A stretch of 28,240 nt of DNA from Verrucomicrobiota bacterium (GTDB lineage: Bacteria; Verrucomicrobiota; Verrucomicrobiia; Limisphaerales; CANJXF01): assembly GCA_038214755.1 (NCBI GenBank), contig JBBQRQ010000066.1:1-28240 (forward strand). Direction: 5' to 3'. Below the pieces are notes generated by a model. It saw only the letters and a program-made list of their open reading frames with translations, was not told the DNA's origin and searched no databases. The translations under genes and the position numbers were made by a program. This document shows, one piece after another, positions 7,561-15,625 of this stretch; the stretch's first letter is position 1; the number at the start of each line of letters is the position of its first letter.

Positions 7561-8736
7561 TTACCCGTTGCGTTGTTGTATCTCCTTCGATAGCAGGGCC
7601 ACGTTTTTGGAATGTAGCACAATAACTCCAAGAGCCATACACCTTACGCTGACATGGTTTCCGGGTTTGAATCCCGCTCGCTCAAGCCAGAGTCCCGTTA
7701 GCCGAATTTTCGGTTTGATTTTTCCCCGTGCAAAATCTCCGTCCTCCTCAATCTTTAACGAGCGAGGTTTCGGCTGACCATATTCCACGCTCTTTTGCAG
7801 AGTGTTGCTCATCGGCGCTTCTTTAAGGGTTGGGCACTCTCGTAATACAATCGCCTCCGCTTCCTTCGGTTGGTATTCCACCGGGCCTTCATCCTCTACC
7901 TTTACATCGAGGATGAAATCACAAGCTTTCTGTGCTTGTGCGGCGGCGTGAACGACAAGTTTCCGGTCGTCCTTCAATCGTTCCAGCCAGTTTTGGATGT
8001 AGCCAGCGGATTGATCGATGGTCATGTTCTCAATCTCGCAATGTCCACAGAGGAAGGCTGCTCCCATTTCGGCAACCAATTCCTCGCGGCTGTAGAGATC
8101 ACTGCCAAACCGATTCGGTTCGCTGATTTCTTTACGATTCAAGCGGGACAAATGCCCGGTTGAATGGGTTAGCTCATGGAAGAGCGTGTTGTAATACCCT
8201 TCCCTGGATTCAAACAGATTTGCCTCTGGCATACTGATTTCATCCAGAGATTGGTGATAACAAGCTCGTCCGCCCTTGTGTTTGATCACAGGCGGCTTTG
8301 GCATTCCTGCAACCACCTGTTCACATCTTTCAATCGGATGAAACTTGTTTTCACCCACTGGGAGTCCAGGCTCCTTGATTCCTTCACATTGCGCCACGTT
8401 GAACACGCGATGATAGCGAAGAAAGGAAATCCGTTTGGTTTCATCTTCACCTTCAACTTCTTCTTTGAGGATTTTCCAGAACACTACCGGGAACGAGTGT
8501 TCACCTTTTTTCACTGATCCTCCCAGCGTCTGCACCTGTTTAAAGGTGAGCCAGAAGGGAGAGACATAACTTGCCGCGTTGAGGAGAAACAGATTGATTC
8601 CCCGATACGTTTTCTTGCTGATTAAGTTTTGCGGCCATTGATTTCCACCTTTCCACGGCTGATGCCAGGGAACGGTGCCTGCTTCGAGCAACTGAATGAT
8701 TCTATCTGTCACGACTTGATATACGTCATTTTTCAC
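7561..8736 (-). CDS. ardC: ArdC-family antirestriction ssDNA-binding/zincin metalloprotease protein with C-terminal SymE-like domain
   Basis: N-terminal VYQVVTDRII..LEAGTVPWHQPW...YRGIN...WLTFKQ...GGSVKKGE; metalloprotease HELTH...RL.R...YSREELVAE; C-terminal PKIRLTGLWLERAGFKPGNHVSV. Confidence 0.88.
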   Translation of the reverse strand: MKNDVYQVVTDRIIQLLEAGTVPWHQPWKGGNQWPQNLISKKTYRGINLFLLNAASYVSPFWLTFKQVQTLGGSVKKGEHSFPVVFWKILKEEVEGEDETKRISFLRYHRVFNVAQCEGIKEPGLPVGENKFHPIERCEQVVAGMPKPPVIKHKGGRACYHQSLDEISMPEANLFESREGYYNTLFHELTHSTGHLSRLNRKEISEPNRFGSDLYSREELVAEMGAAFLCGHCEIENMTIDQSAGYIQNWLERLKDDRKLVVHAAAQAQKACDFILDVKVEDEGPVEYQPKEAEAIVLRECPTLKEAPMSNTLQKSVEYGQPKPRSLKIEEDGDFARGKIKPKIRLTGLWLERAGFKPGNHVSVRCMALGVIVLHSKNVALLSKEIQQRNG

Positions 8737-8863
8737 GTAACTCTCTTTCTCGCCGTCCCACCTGTTAGTGCAGGTTGCTTCTGGTTGGGTAACTCTCGCT
8801 GGAAGCGCGGGACGGCGCTTTGTTTTTCAGCGAGTTGTTTGCACACGGCCAAGGGAGCCATGA

Positions 8864-8897
8864 GAAAAAAGAAACCTCCCTCGGGATGAGAGAGGTT
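8864..8897 (-). terminator. Intrinsic terminator
   Basis: Minus strand AACCTCTCTC-atccc-GAGGGAGGTT followed by TCTTTTTT, just after the 95-aa gene. Confidence 0.7.
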
Positions 8898-8911
8898 GTT
8901 GAATGTGTTGG

Positions 8912-9199
8912 TCAGTAATCCTCTGGCAAAAGAACAGAGGTTGACGAACGATTTGCTTCGGTGATGACCCAAAACTTCAATCCCGTGCGGGAATGATAGA
9001 CCGACCAAAGACGAAACCCTTCTTTTAAGGAAAGCTCGTTCTCTCTTCGATCTTCTTCGCTGACCTCACCCCAATCACCGGCCTGGTGACGTTGGATTCC
9101 CATGAGAATATCCTCCTGGGTCAGTTGCGACTTCGCGTTCGCTGTCGTCACGATTTTACCAAGCCGAAACCTGGCGATGGGCATAACGTTCGCGCTCAC
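8912..9199 (-). CDS. Conserved plasmid/phage-associated hypothetical protein (RH..GDWG...WVITE...TSVLLPEDY type)
   Basis: 95 aa; motif pattern familiar from mobile-element proteins; 4-nt overlap with the upstream gene. Confidence 0.75.
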   Translation of the reverse strand: MSANVMPIARFRLGKIVTTANAKSQLTQEDILMGIQRHQAGDWGEVSEEDRRENELSLKEGFRLWSVYHSRTGLKFWVITEANRSSTSVLLPEDY

Positions 9200-9711
9200 G
9201 GCGCGCCTTTCCCGGTCGGTGGCTCCACGTCTGCGCTCGGATCGCTGTTCAATGAATCCATGACGAACTCACCTCGCGAGGTATCGAGCGGCATGGCATG
9301 AGCAAGCTCAATCGCTTTGTCTATTGATTGAGCTTCCACCTCCACTTGGTCACAAAGCTGCCAATACCGATTTACCACGAATTTCATTGCGGCCTCTCTG
9401 TGAGGATTTTCTTGCTCGCGGATACGTTGTAGCGCCTCTGCAATGTCCTGGCTGGTCAACTGCCAGCGTCTAATGGGCAATTTCGTAACGACCGTCCACT
9501 TGAAGCGCTGATACAGGTTCAAAGCCTGTTCGTCATCCCTCAAGTGGTCAGTTAACAATGCGAGCGCCAGTTGCGCCGGACCGCTCCCACAGTAGCCCCA
9601 CTCAAATCCAGTCGGACTATGGTTATACAAATCCAGGCGGGGATTGAGCGGAGCGCCATTGACCCTCACAATAGCTGCGTAACCTTCTCGTCTGCCTTCA
9701 TAGGTTTTCAT
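9196..9711 (-). CDS. DUF6166-like protein with C-terminal extension
   Basis: LNPRLDLYNHSPTGFEWGYCGSGPAQLALALL motif; 171 aa. Confidence 0.7.
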   Translation of the reverse strand: MKTYEGRREGYAAIVRVNGAPLNPRLDLYNHSPTGFEWGYCGSGPAQLALALLTDHLRDDEQALNLYQRFKWTVVTKLPIRRWQLTSQDIAEALQRIREQENPHREAAMKFVVNRYWQLCDQVEVEAQSIDKAIELAHAMPLDTSRGEFVMDSLNSDPSADVEPPTGKGAP

Positions 9712-9712
9712 G

Positions 9713-10024
9713 TTATCCTCCTTTCAGTTTGGGTTTGCGTTTCCTTTTCCCCTGGGCTTTGCGGTTAAGGATTTCCATTTCGGAATTGACGGAGATACGA
9801 ATGATCCGTGGTGACGGCTGGAAATGGACGGGCTTGTCAAAGCGCGTCGTGAATTCCCGCGCCGCTTGATTGATGAGCACGACCGCCGCGCATTCATTGA
9901 TCCGAATGACTCGCCCGAGCTTGTCACCCAGGCGGATGATGTCATTGACGTGAAGACGAAAGCGCTCTTGGCGTGGCCGCCAGATAAGGCCGAAAAGCTC
10001 GGCCTGTTCGCCATTGGTGTTCAT
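9713..10024 (-). CDS. Hypothetical protein (basic C-terminus)
   Basis: 103-aa ORF tightly packed (8-nt and 1-nt gaps) in the primase operon. Confidence 0.6.
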   Translation of the reverse strand: MNTNGEQAELFGLIWRPRQERFRLHVNDIIRLGDKLGRVIRINECAAVVLINQAAREFTTRFDKPVHFQPSPRIIRISVNSEMEILNRKAQGKRKRKPKLKGG

Positions 10025-10032
10025 AAGGCACC

Positions 10033-11043
10033 TCAGTTGAGCAGGCCATGCACTTCCTCTGCGGAGAGATGGTCCGGCTGGGTATCTGCTTTCTCAAAGG
10101 TAATCACCTTGACGAAGCAAAGCTTTGACAGGCGACACGCCATGTCTTCGCGTCCAGCCTGTCCCGCTTCGTCTTCATCAAGGACGATGACGATGTGGCT
10201 GTTTGCCTTCGTATGGTTGCGAATGATTTCCTCCTGCGCCGCTCCCATAGTGCTGCCCATGAGGGCAACCACTTTGCGGAAGCCGTGCTGATGAAGCTTC
10301 ATGCAACCAAAGAAGCCTTCGACGATGACCAATGGCATATCCTCCGGTTCTTTAATTGCGCGGTCAATGTTGTATAGCTCCTGCGACTTGCGGAATCCTG
10401 GAGGCAGTTTGTATTTGGGCGTATCCTCGGATGGTTCTCCGGGAAAACGCCCTGCATACGCGACGACTTCGCCGCCGACATTGTGAATGGGAATGGCGAT
10501 GAGTCCCGCCATCATTCCCTTGGCACAGTGTCCGATCCCGAAATCAATGATGGTTTCGGGAGTCAGGCCGCGTTCCGTAAGATACGGATGATTTCGTTCC
10601 AACTTATCGAGTCGGAATTTCAATGGCTTGTTTGGTGTATTTGCTTCCGGGGTTAGAGGGGGTTTGGCAGCCGGTTTCGATGGAGCGCTCGTTGGGGCTT
10701 CCTCGGAAGAATCTTCCTCCGAATTGGCTTTCATCTCTTCTCGATCCAAGCTGAACCACTCAATAGCTTTGAGTGCTGCGGCGTGGATACTTATTTTTTC
10801 CATCTCGGCAATGAAGTCCAAAACGTTCCCACCGTGCTTGCATTCTGAAAAACAGTTCCAGATATTTTTGGTCGTGCTTACCCTGAATTGAGTGGGATTA
10901 CTTCCTTTGTGAATGGGGCATGGCCCGGTGAGGCTCTCTCCATTCCTTTTGAACTGGTTAAGGAGGCTGTAGTGCGTAAGCACCTGTTCCATGGTGATGG
11001 CCGCTTTAACGGCCTTGAAGTCAACAAACGATTTATTTGGCAT
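10033..11043 (-). CDS. DnaG-like primase (CHC2 zinc finger + Toprim)
   Basis: CPIH...WNCFSECKHGGNVLDF zinc finger; YLTERG, AYAGR, PKY, VIVEGFF and DEDEAG Toprim motifs; AGGAG SD. Confidence 0.88.
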   Translation of the reverse strand: MPNKSFVDFKAVKAAITMEQVLTHYSLLNQFKRNGESLTGPCPIHKGSNPTQFRVSTTKNIWNCFSECKHGGNVLDFIAEMEKISIHAAALKAIEWFSLDREEMKANSEEDSSEEAPTSAPSKPAAKPPLTPEANTPNKPLKFRLDKLERNHPYLTERGLTPETIIDFGIGHCAKGMMAGLIAIPIHNVGGEVVAYAGRFPGEPSEDTPKYKLPPGFRKSQELYNIDRAIKEPEDMPLVIVEGFFGCMKLHQHGFRKVVALMGSTMGAAQEEIIRNHTKANSHIVIVLDEDEAGQAGREDMACRLSKLCFVKVITFEKADTQPDHLSAEEVHGLLN

Positions 11044-11165
11044 AGATACTCCTGTAGTTAAGTTTTCGAGGAACTACTGCGGCTCAAGAATTGAACCGCC
11101 TCTGACTGCAATCCTATCGCCCACGAAGGATTGAAGAAGACGGGGAATATTGCCGTTATGGTTAA
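11036..11165 (-). repeat. Structured leader repeat, copy 1 (upstream of primase)
   Basis: Shares long identical blocks with 12344-12471, e.g. GAGGAACTACTGCGGCTCAAGA and ATCCTATCGCCCACGAAGGATTGAAGAAGACGG. Confidence 0.9.
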
Positions 11166-11198
11166 GTGAAAAGGATGTGTTACCGATTTTCCTTGGCA

Positions 11199-11228
11199 CA
11201 AAAGAACCCCGCCGGTTACGACAGGGTT
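11199..11228 (-). terminator. Intrinsic terminator after the ligase gene
   Basis: Minus strand AACCCTGTCG-taac-CGGCGGGGTT-CTTTTG. Confidence 0.65.
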
Positions 11229-11268
11229 TGGATTTGAGTTCAACTGAGGGAGCCCACTTGAATGATTA

Positions 11269-12351
11269 TTATGACTCCTCTTCGGTATTCTTGAACTTGA
11301 GCTGGCGAGTGACGCATTCGGTCTGGAGAACATCAGCACGCACTCCGAGATAGACGGGTTGATAAAGACAACCACTTTCCTTGAAGGCGTAAAGGTATCG
11401 GATTTCCACTACTTGGCCGACCTTCGGAATGGCGCGGTTCGCTGGAATGGTGACATTGCCGGCCTTGACCAGATCCTTGTCGCTCCAGAGTTTGATTTCG
11501 ATGCTCCGCTTTCCGTTGATGGCGCCGACAATCGCAGAGAGGGTAGCACAGAACTTGTGTTTTACCTGGGTGCCAGCACTCGAGGGCCTGACGGCAACGT
11601 AAGGAGCATCGGTGCGTTTGAACACGATGCCCTCCTTGTTCTCCTGTCGAAGCGCGATGAGAAGTTCGTTCTTCTCGCGCTCAGTCCAAGCCGTTTCCGC
11701 GAGCAGGAGGTGAGACCGCTCAACACCAGCAAGGAGATTCCGAAGGGGCGTGGCGCGTGCATGGTATGGCAAAGGACGAAGATCCTCCCCATTACAGGTC
11801 AGAAGATCGAAGACATGTAATCGCTCACCCATGCTCTCGCCGTCCAGGATGAAGTCTCCCTTTAACGCCTGAGCCGCAACGACCATCGGTGAGGGCAATC
11901 CAACAAGCAATCCCTTGCGGTTAATGCCGTGGATGGCCGCTCCATGCTTCTCAAGGAGAATGCGTTTACCATCGAATTTTTCCTGGGCGCACCATTGGTC
12001 GTCCTCAATCAACCCATCGACTTCAGATTCTAGGACGGGGTTCAGGAGTTGGGGCAGGATGCCGGTGACGCGATTTTCTTTTTCCGTGTGCTGGTAAGGT
12101 GTGCCTGCTTCACCTTCCGTATAGCCCTTGGCTTTCTTTTCCGTGACGAGCTTGTTCCAGATTTGGGTGGCGGTCGCGAGGTCCACCGGCGTGTTGGTCT
12201 TTGTTCCGGTCTGAAGCGTGCTGCCTCTGCGGCCGTAGGAAAAGTTGACGACGTAGCCGCCGTCTCTGGGATCGATTGAGGCATGATATTCTTTGTCACT
12301 GGAACCTTGTTTGAAATATAGACTTGCGGTCTGCACTGATGTTTTTGGCAT
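11269..12351 (-). CDS. WGR-domain ATP-dependent DNA ligase-like protein
   Basis: Start placed at ATG 12351 behind AGGAG. WGR-like N-terminus (SDKEY...YGRRG...KKAKGY); nucleotidyltransferase motifs QEKFDGKR, LDGE, FDLL, EGIVFK; OB-like C-terminus (VVEIRY...LYQPVYLGVRAD). Confidence 0.85.
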   Translation of the reverse strand: MPKTSVQTASLYFKQGSSDKEYHASIDPRDGGYVVNFSYGRRGSTLQTGTKTNTPVDLATATQIWNKLVTEKKAKGYTEGEAGTPYQHTEKENRVTGILPQLLNPVLESEVDGLIEDDQWCAQEKFDGKRILLEKHGAAIHGINRKGLLVGLPSPMVVAAQALKGDFILDGESMGERLHVFDLLTCNGEDLRPLPYHARATPLRNLLAGVERSHLLLAETAWTEREKNELLIALRQENKEGIVFKRTDAPYVAVRPSSAGTQVKHKFCATLSAIVGAINGKRSIEIKLWSDKDLVKAGNVTIPANRAIPKVGQVVEIRYLYAFKESGCLYQPVYLGVRADVLQTECVTRQLKFKNTEEES

Positions 12352-12471
12352 AGATACTCCTGTGTGAATTTTTGAGGAACTACTGCGGCTCAAGAGTTGA
12401 ACCGCTTCCGAAAGTCATCCTATCGCCCACGAAGGATTGAAGAAGACGGAGAAATTTGCCATGGTGGTCAA
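12344..12471 (-). repeat. Structured leader repeat, copy 2 (upstream of ligase)
   Basis: See copy 1; both copies include the SD and ATGCCAAA start. Confidence 0.9.
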
Positions 12472-12575
12472 TATGGTGTCGAAAGAAAGTAACACCATAC
12501 ATCCAACCAAATCTCAGGTACCTATTTAAATTCTCTTGACGAGTGAGAGTGACCGGATTTAAGGCTTACCGCACC

Positions 12576-12908
12576 ATGATCAATCTTAAAGACATCTCTC
12601 TCGAACAACTGAAGAAAGTTGCCGGCATCAAAGAAAAGATAGCTCTACTTGAGAAGCAACTTCAGACGCTACTCGGTGGAGCGAATACACGTAATGGGCA
12701 ATCGAAAAAAGGAGTTATTTCCGCCGCCGGGCGCGCCAGAATTTCGGCCGCGTCCAAAGCGCGATGGGCGAAGATTAAAGGGTCTCAAGGTAAAAGGAGA
12801 GCTTCTGCAAGTCCTGGCAAAAGGACAGTCAGCGCCGCTACCAGAGCGAAGCTTCGTGCTGCGAGTAAACTCCGGTGGGACAAGGTCAAAGCAGCGAAGG
12901 AAAGTTAG
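12576..12908 (+). CDS. Small basic coiled-coil/histone-like putative DNA-binding protein
   Basis: 110 aa from ATG 12576; coiled coil then two repeats ISAAGRARISAASKARW / VSAATRAKLRAASKLRW. Confidence 0.7.
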   Translation: MINLKDISLEQLKKVAGIKEKIALLEKQLQTLLGGANTRNGQSKKGVISAAGRARISAASKARWAKIKGSQGKRRASASPGKRTVSAATRAKLRAASKLRWDKVKAAKES

Positions 12909-12946
12909 GCGATACCTTTCTCAACCCGGTTTAGCTACTGCCAACG

Positions 12947-13951
12947 CTAATTTAATAAAGTTGCAGTTTCGCCCTTTTTTCCCGTTAACCAGAGCGAAGA
13001 TAATATATCCCCGGGCTTCTCTAAAATGGTTCGGTCGGCAAAGAGGAATAATCCGTGGCCTCGCTTTAATTGTGAACAAGCATCGACGAGTGACTTCACT
13101 CGCGCCGCGCTTGTTGTGACGGTAAGCACTCGAAAGCGATTGAAGCCAAAACGTCTGCGGTGGAGGGATTGGGACCAAGTTGCTTCATAGGCGCGGAGTT
13201 TGCGGTAAAAGGATGTTTGAGAAAAATTCTTACGTATTACCGGCATTGTTCCTCGGTCTGCTTCCAAAAAGAAAAAGGCTTGTTCTTTCTTTCCTGCCTT
13301 CGTTAAGAATTCCAAAGCGAACACTCGATCAGGAATGACGCTCAGGCTTAAACCTCCACCAGCCTTTACTTTCCATCGAAACGGTTGACGCTGCAATCGC
13401 GTCGATTCCGGCAACGGAATTTGGCCCTCCGCGAGCAGCCTTATTTGACCATGTTTGCGGCAAGCTAATTCAAGCTGCACCATAATGTCAGATACCAGAA
13501 GGGCGTGTTCGAGGAAGATTCGTCCAGTGGAACTGTTCTTCTCGTTCCAATCCAGGTTGTGATAAGCAACACTGCCTGTATTGCGAAAGAGCGTTGCTCC
13601 TTTATTTCCTAACCCATAAATAATCGGTCGGGAACCGCCCTTGTGGTAGTAATCGAGTTGGGCGCGGGGCCGTGTCAAATAGCCGTGATGGTAGAGTAAT
13701 TGCAGTCGTCTCTGGAGATGCTGCGCGCTCGTGCCGATGAGTGCCACGACATGAGAGGAACGGAGAAAACGATACCGGTGAATCAACTCAATGATTTCCT
13801 GGTCACGCGCGGTCAACTGTATTGGGGCAACTGTGGAAGCGCGTTTGAAGCGGGGAAGACGAGGTAACTCCATTCCTTGCAGCTTACCGGAGATGGAATG
13901 GGTCAAGAAGCCGGCGGCTTTTGCCGTTCGAGACAACTCAAAAAGTGACAT
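12947..13951 (-). CDS. Replication-relaxation (Replic_Relax) family relaxase-like protein
   Basis: LTARDQEII...RFL...RRLQLLY wHTH-like start, HALLVSD, PDRVF and FFLEADRGT motifs; alternative start ATG 13873. Confidence 0.82.
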   Translation of the reverse strand: MSLFELSRTAKAAGFLTHSISGKLQGMELPRLPRFKRASTVAPIQLTARDQEIIELIHRYRFLRSSHVVALIGTSAQHLQRRLQLLYHHGYLTRPRAQLDYYHKGGSRPIIYGLGNKGATLFRNTGSVAYHNLDWNEKNSSTGRIFLEHALLVSDIMVQLELACRKHGQIRLLAEGQIPLPESTRLQRQPFRWKVKAGGGLSLSVIPDRVFALEFLTKAGKKEQAFFFLEADRGTMPVIRKNFSQTSFYRKLRAYEATWSQSLHRRRFGFNRFRVLTVTTSAARVKSLVDACSQLKRGHGLFLFADRTILEKPGDILSSLWLTGKKGETATLLN

Positions 13952-14126
13952 TGTTTTTTCAGGAGTTCAATGACGCCATCCAGTTCAAGTTCTCCTCGCC
14001 GCTAATCGTTCAAACCGATGCTTGAGCACTTCGATTGGAAGACTACCCCATGCCAGTGCGAATGAAAATGCGACCTTGACATTTGTGCCTCTCAGGCACA
14101 AACATCTCTTTGTTGACAAAAAATTT

Positions 14127-14462
14127 ATGGCCACGAGTAAAACCACCGAGGATGTGCGGAAGGTAATGATCGAAACTGCCCAAGTGCAATTTGCTTCGTT
14201 GAACGCGGGTATTGTCTTCTGGAGTGGTTGGCTTGAGAGCGCCAGTAAATTCGCGCAGACACTTAACATCGAATTGACAAACTTGGGCAAAGAGGGGTTC
14301 GACACCGATGCGAGCCTGTCGAAGATCACCGACTCAAGCCGTGAATACCTGCGCAAGCTCACTGAATTGCCCGAAGCCGCGACCGCTCGCTTTAAGAAGG
14401 ACGCGGCTGGGGTCGGCGCGCGACGGGCCGAGCGCACACGATCCGCTCGCGCCAAGGCGTGA
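14127..14462 (+). CDS. Hypothetical helical protein (111 aa)
   Basis: ATG 14127; amphipathic helical sequence with basic tail; convergent with the prenyl synthase (13-nt gap). Confidence 0.6.
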   Translation: MATSKTTEDVRKVMIETAQVQFASLNAGIVFWSGWLESASKFAQTLNIELTNLGKEGFDTDASLSKITDSSREYLRKLTELPEAATARFKKDAAGVGARRAERTRSARAKA

Positions 14463-14475
14463 AGAGGAATCGCAG

Positions 14476-15426
14476 CTAACTTTTTGACAGCGCGCGTGTG
14501 TGCTCTACGAGCGCCAGAAGCTTCTGGGGATCCGTCGCGTTCGCTATCGCCTCCCGTCGCGCGTCCGCGGCGAGGCCATCCAGATAATCTTCCGCCTCCG
14601 GCAAAACCTTCGCCATAGCTCTCATCAGACGATTGTAATTCTTTGGCCCAGCCTGACGAAAAAGAGCGCCCACTTTCGGATCTCGAACCGCCAATGCGGC
14701 TGGCAACGTCAGAATACCATCCAAAACATCCTTTTCACCTCCGCCCCCCAATGCCACTGCTCCGCGCACGTCCCCGACATCATCACATCCGTGATAAACC
14801 AAGCCGAGCAGCAAGCCAAACTTCCGTAACCGGTCGTCCCTCGCCCCGAGCCGGGCACAGATTTCAAACATCGAACCTGTATCCTCCCCCGCAATCATCC
14901 GCCAATCCTCGACCCCCAAGGGATGCCGACGTAACCGCCATTGTGTGCATTCGGCCACACCGAGCCGTTGCATCAACTCAGCTAGTAGTCGCACGCTGTA
15001 AGTATCTTTTTGCACGAGGTCGAAACCACCCGCAGTCAAGTAACCGGAAGCCATCAAGGCGGGAAGAAACCCGAAGCGGCAGTGCAGAGTGAGCCGTCCG
15101 CGTCGAGAGCGCGAAGCGTCGAGAATATCATCCACAATCAAGGAAACATTGTGGAAGATCTCCAAGGCGGCCGTGGAGCGGAGCAGTGTCTCGGACACCG
15201 GCGCGACGGACGTAGCATGATGGCACGCGAAAATCGTGAGCGGACGGAAATACTTCGGCCGGCTCAACAATTGCCAGCGCAACAGAGCTTCCACTTCGGG
15301 GTTTTGTCTGTCCAGCCACTTGGTAATGAAATTCTTCAGGCGTTCCATGTCATCGGCTACACCGATACGCTGGGGCAACTCGGTTACAGGGACAGTTCCG
15401 ATTAACATTTCTGGAGTGTCAAGCAT
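14476..15426 (-). CDS. Divergent polyprenyl synthetase (trans-isoprenyl diphosphate synthase fold)
   Basis: K.FRP, EIFHNVSLIVDDILD...RRG (first Asp-rich motif), DDVGD (second), KDVLDGILTLP. Confidence 0.85.
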   Translation of the reverse strand: MLDTPEMLIGTVPVTELPQRIGVADDMERLKNFITKWLDRQNPEVEALLRWQLLSRPKYFRPLTIFACHHATSVAPVSETLLRSTAALEIFHNVSLIVDDILDASRSRRGRLTLHCRFGFLPALMASGYLTAGGFDLVQKDTYSVRLLAELMQRLGVAECTQWRLRRHPLGVEDWRMIAGEDTGSMFEICARLGARDDRLRKFGLLLGLVYHGCDDVGDVRGAVALGGGGEKDVLDGILTLPAALAVRDPKVGALFRQAGPKNYNRLMRAMAKVLPEAEDYLDGLAADARREAIANATDPQKLLALVEHTRALSKS

Positions 15427-15625
15427 TGGATTTTGCGTCCCGGCTGAACCTCATGGCTCAGGAGCAAGGGAGCATGGAGGGCTTCGATTATCACGTCAAT
15501 GGCTTTGACCGGCCGGCCCTTTATGGAACTTGATTCATTCGAGAAGCTACTCCTGCGCGGGCGAACGGTTGACTAATTAATGTCATCCCTACCGCCTGCT
15601 GGACGTCGGGGTCCCGCCGAACTTG

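Noticed and set aside
11058..11375. 105-aa minus-strand ORF, and the upstream extension of the ligase to 12393
   Set aside because: Both read through the non-coding leader repeat; AGGAG-preceded ATGs at 11043 and 12351 are better starts.
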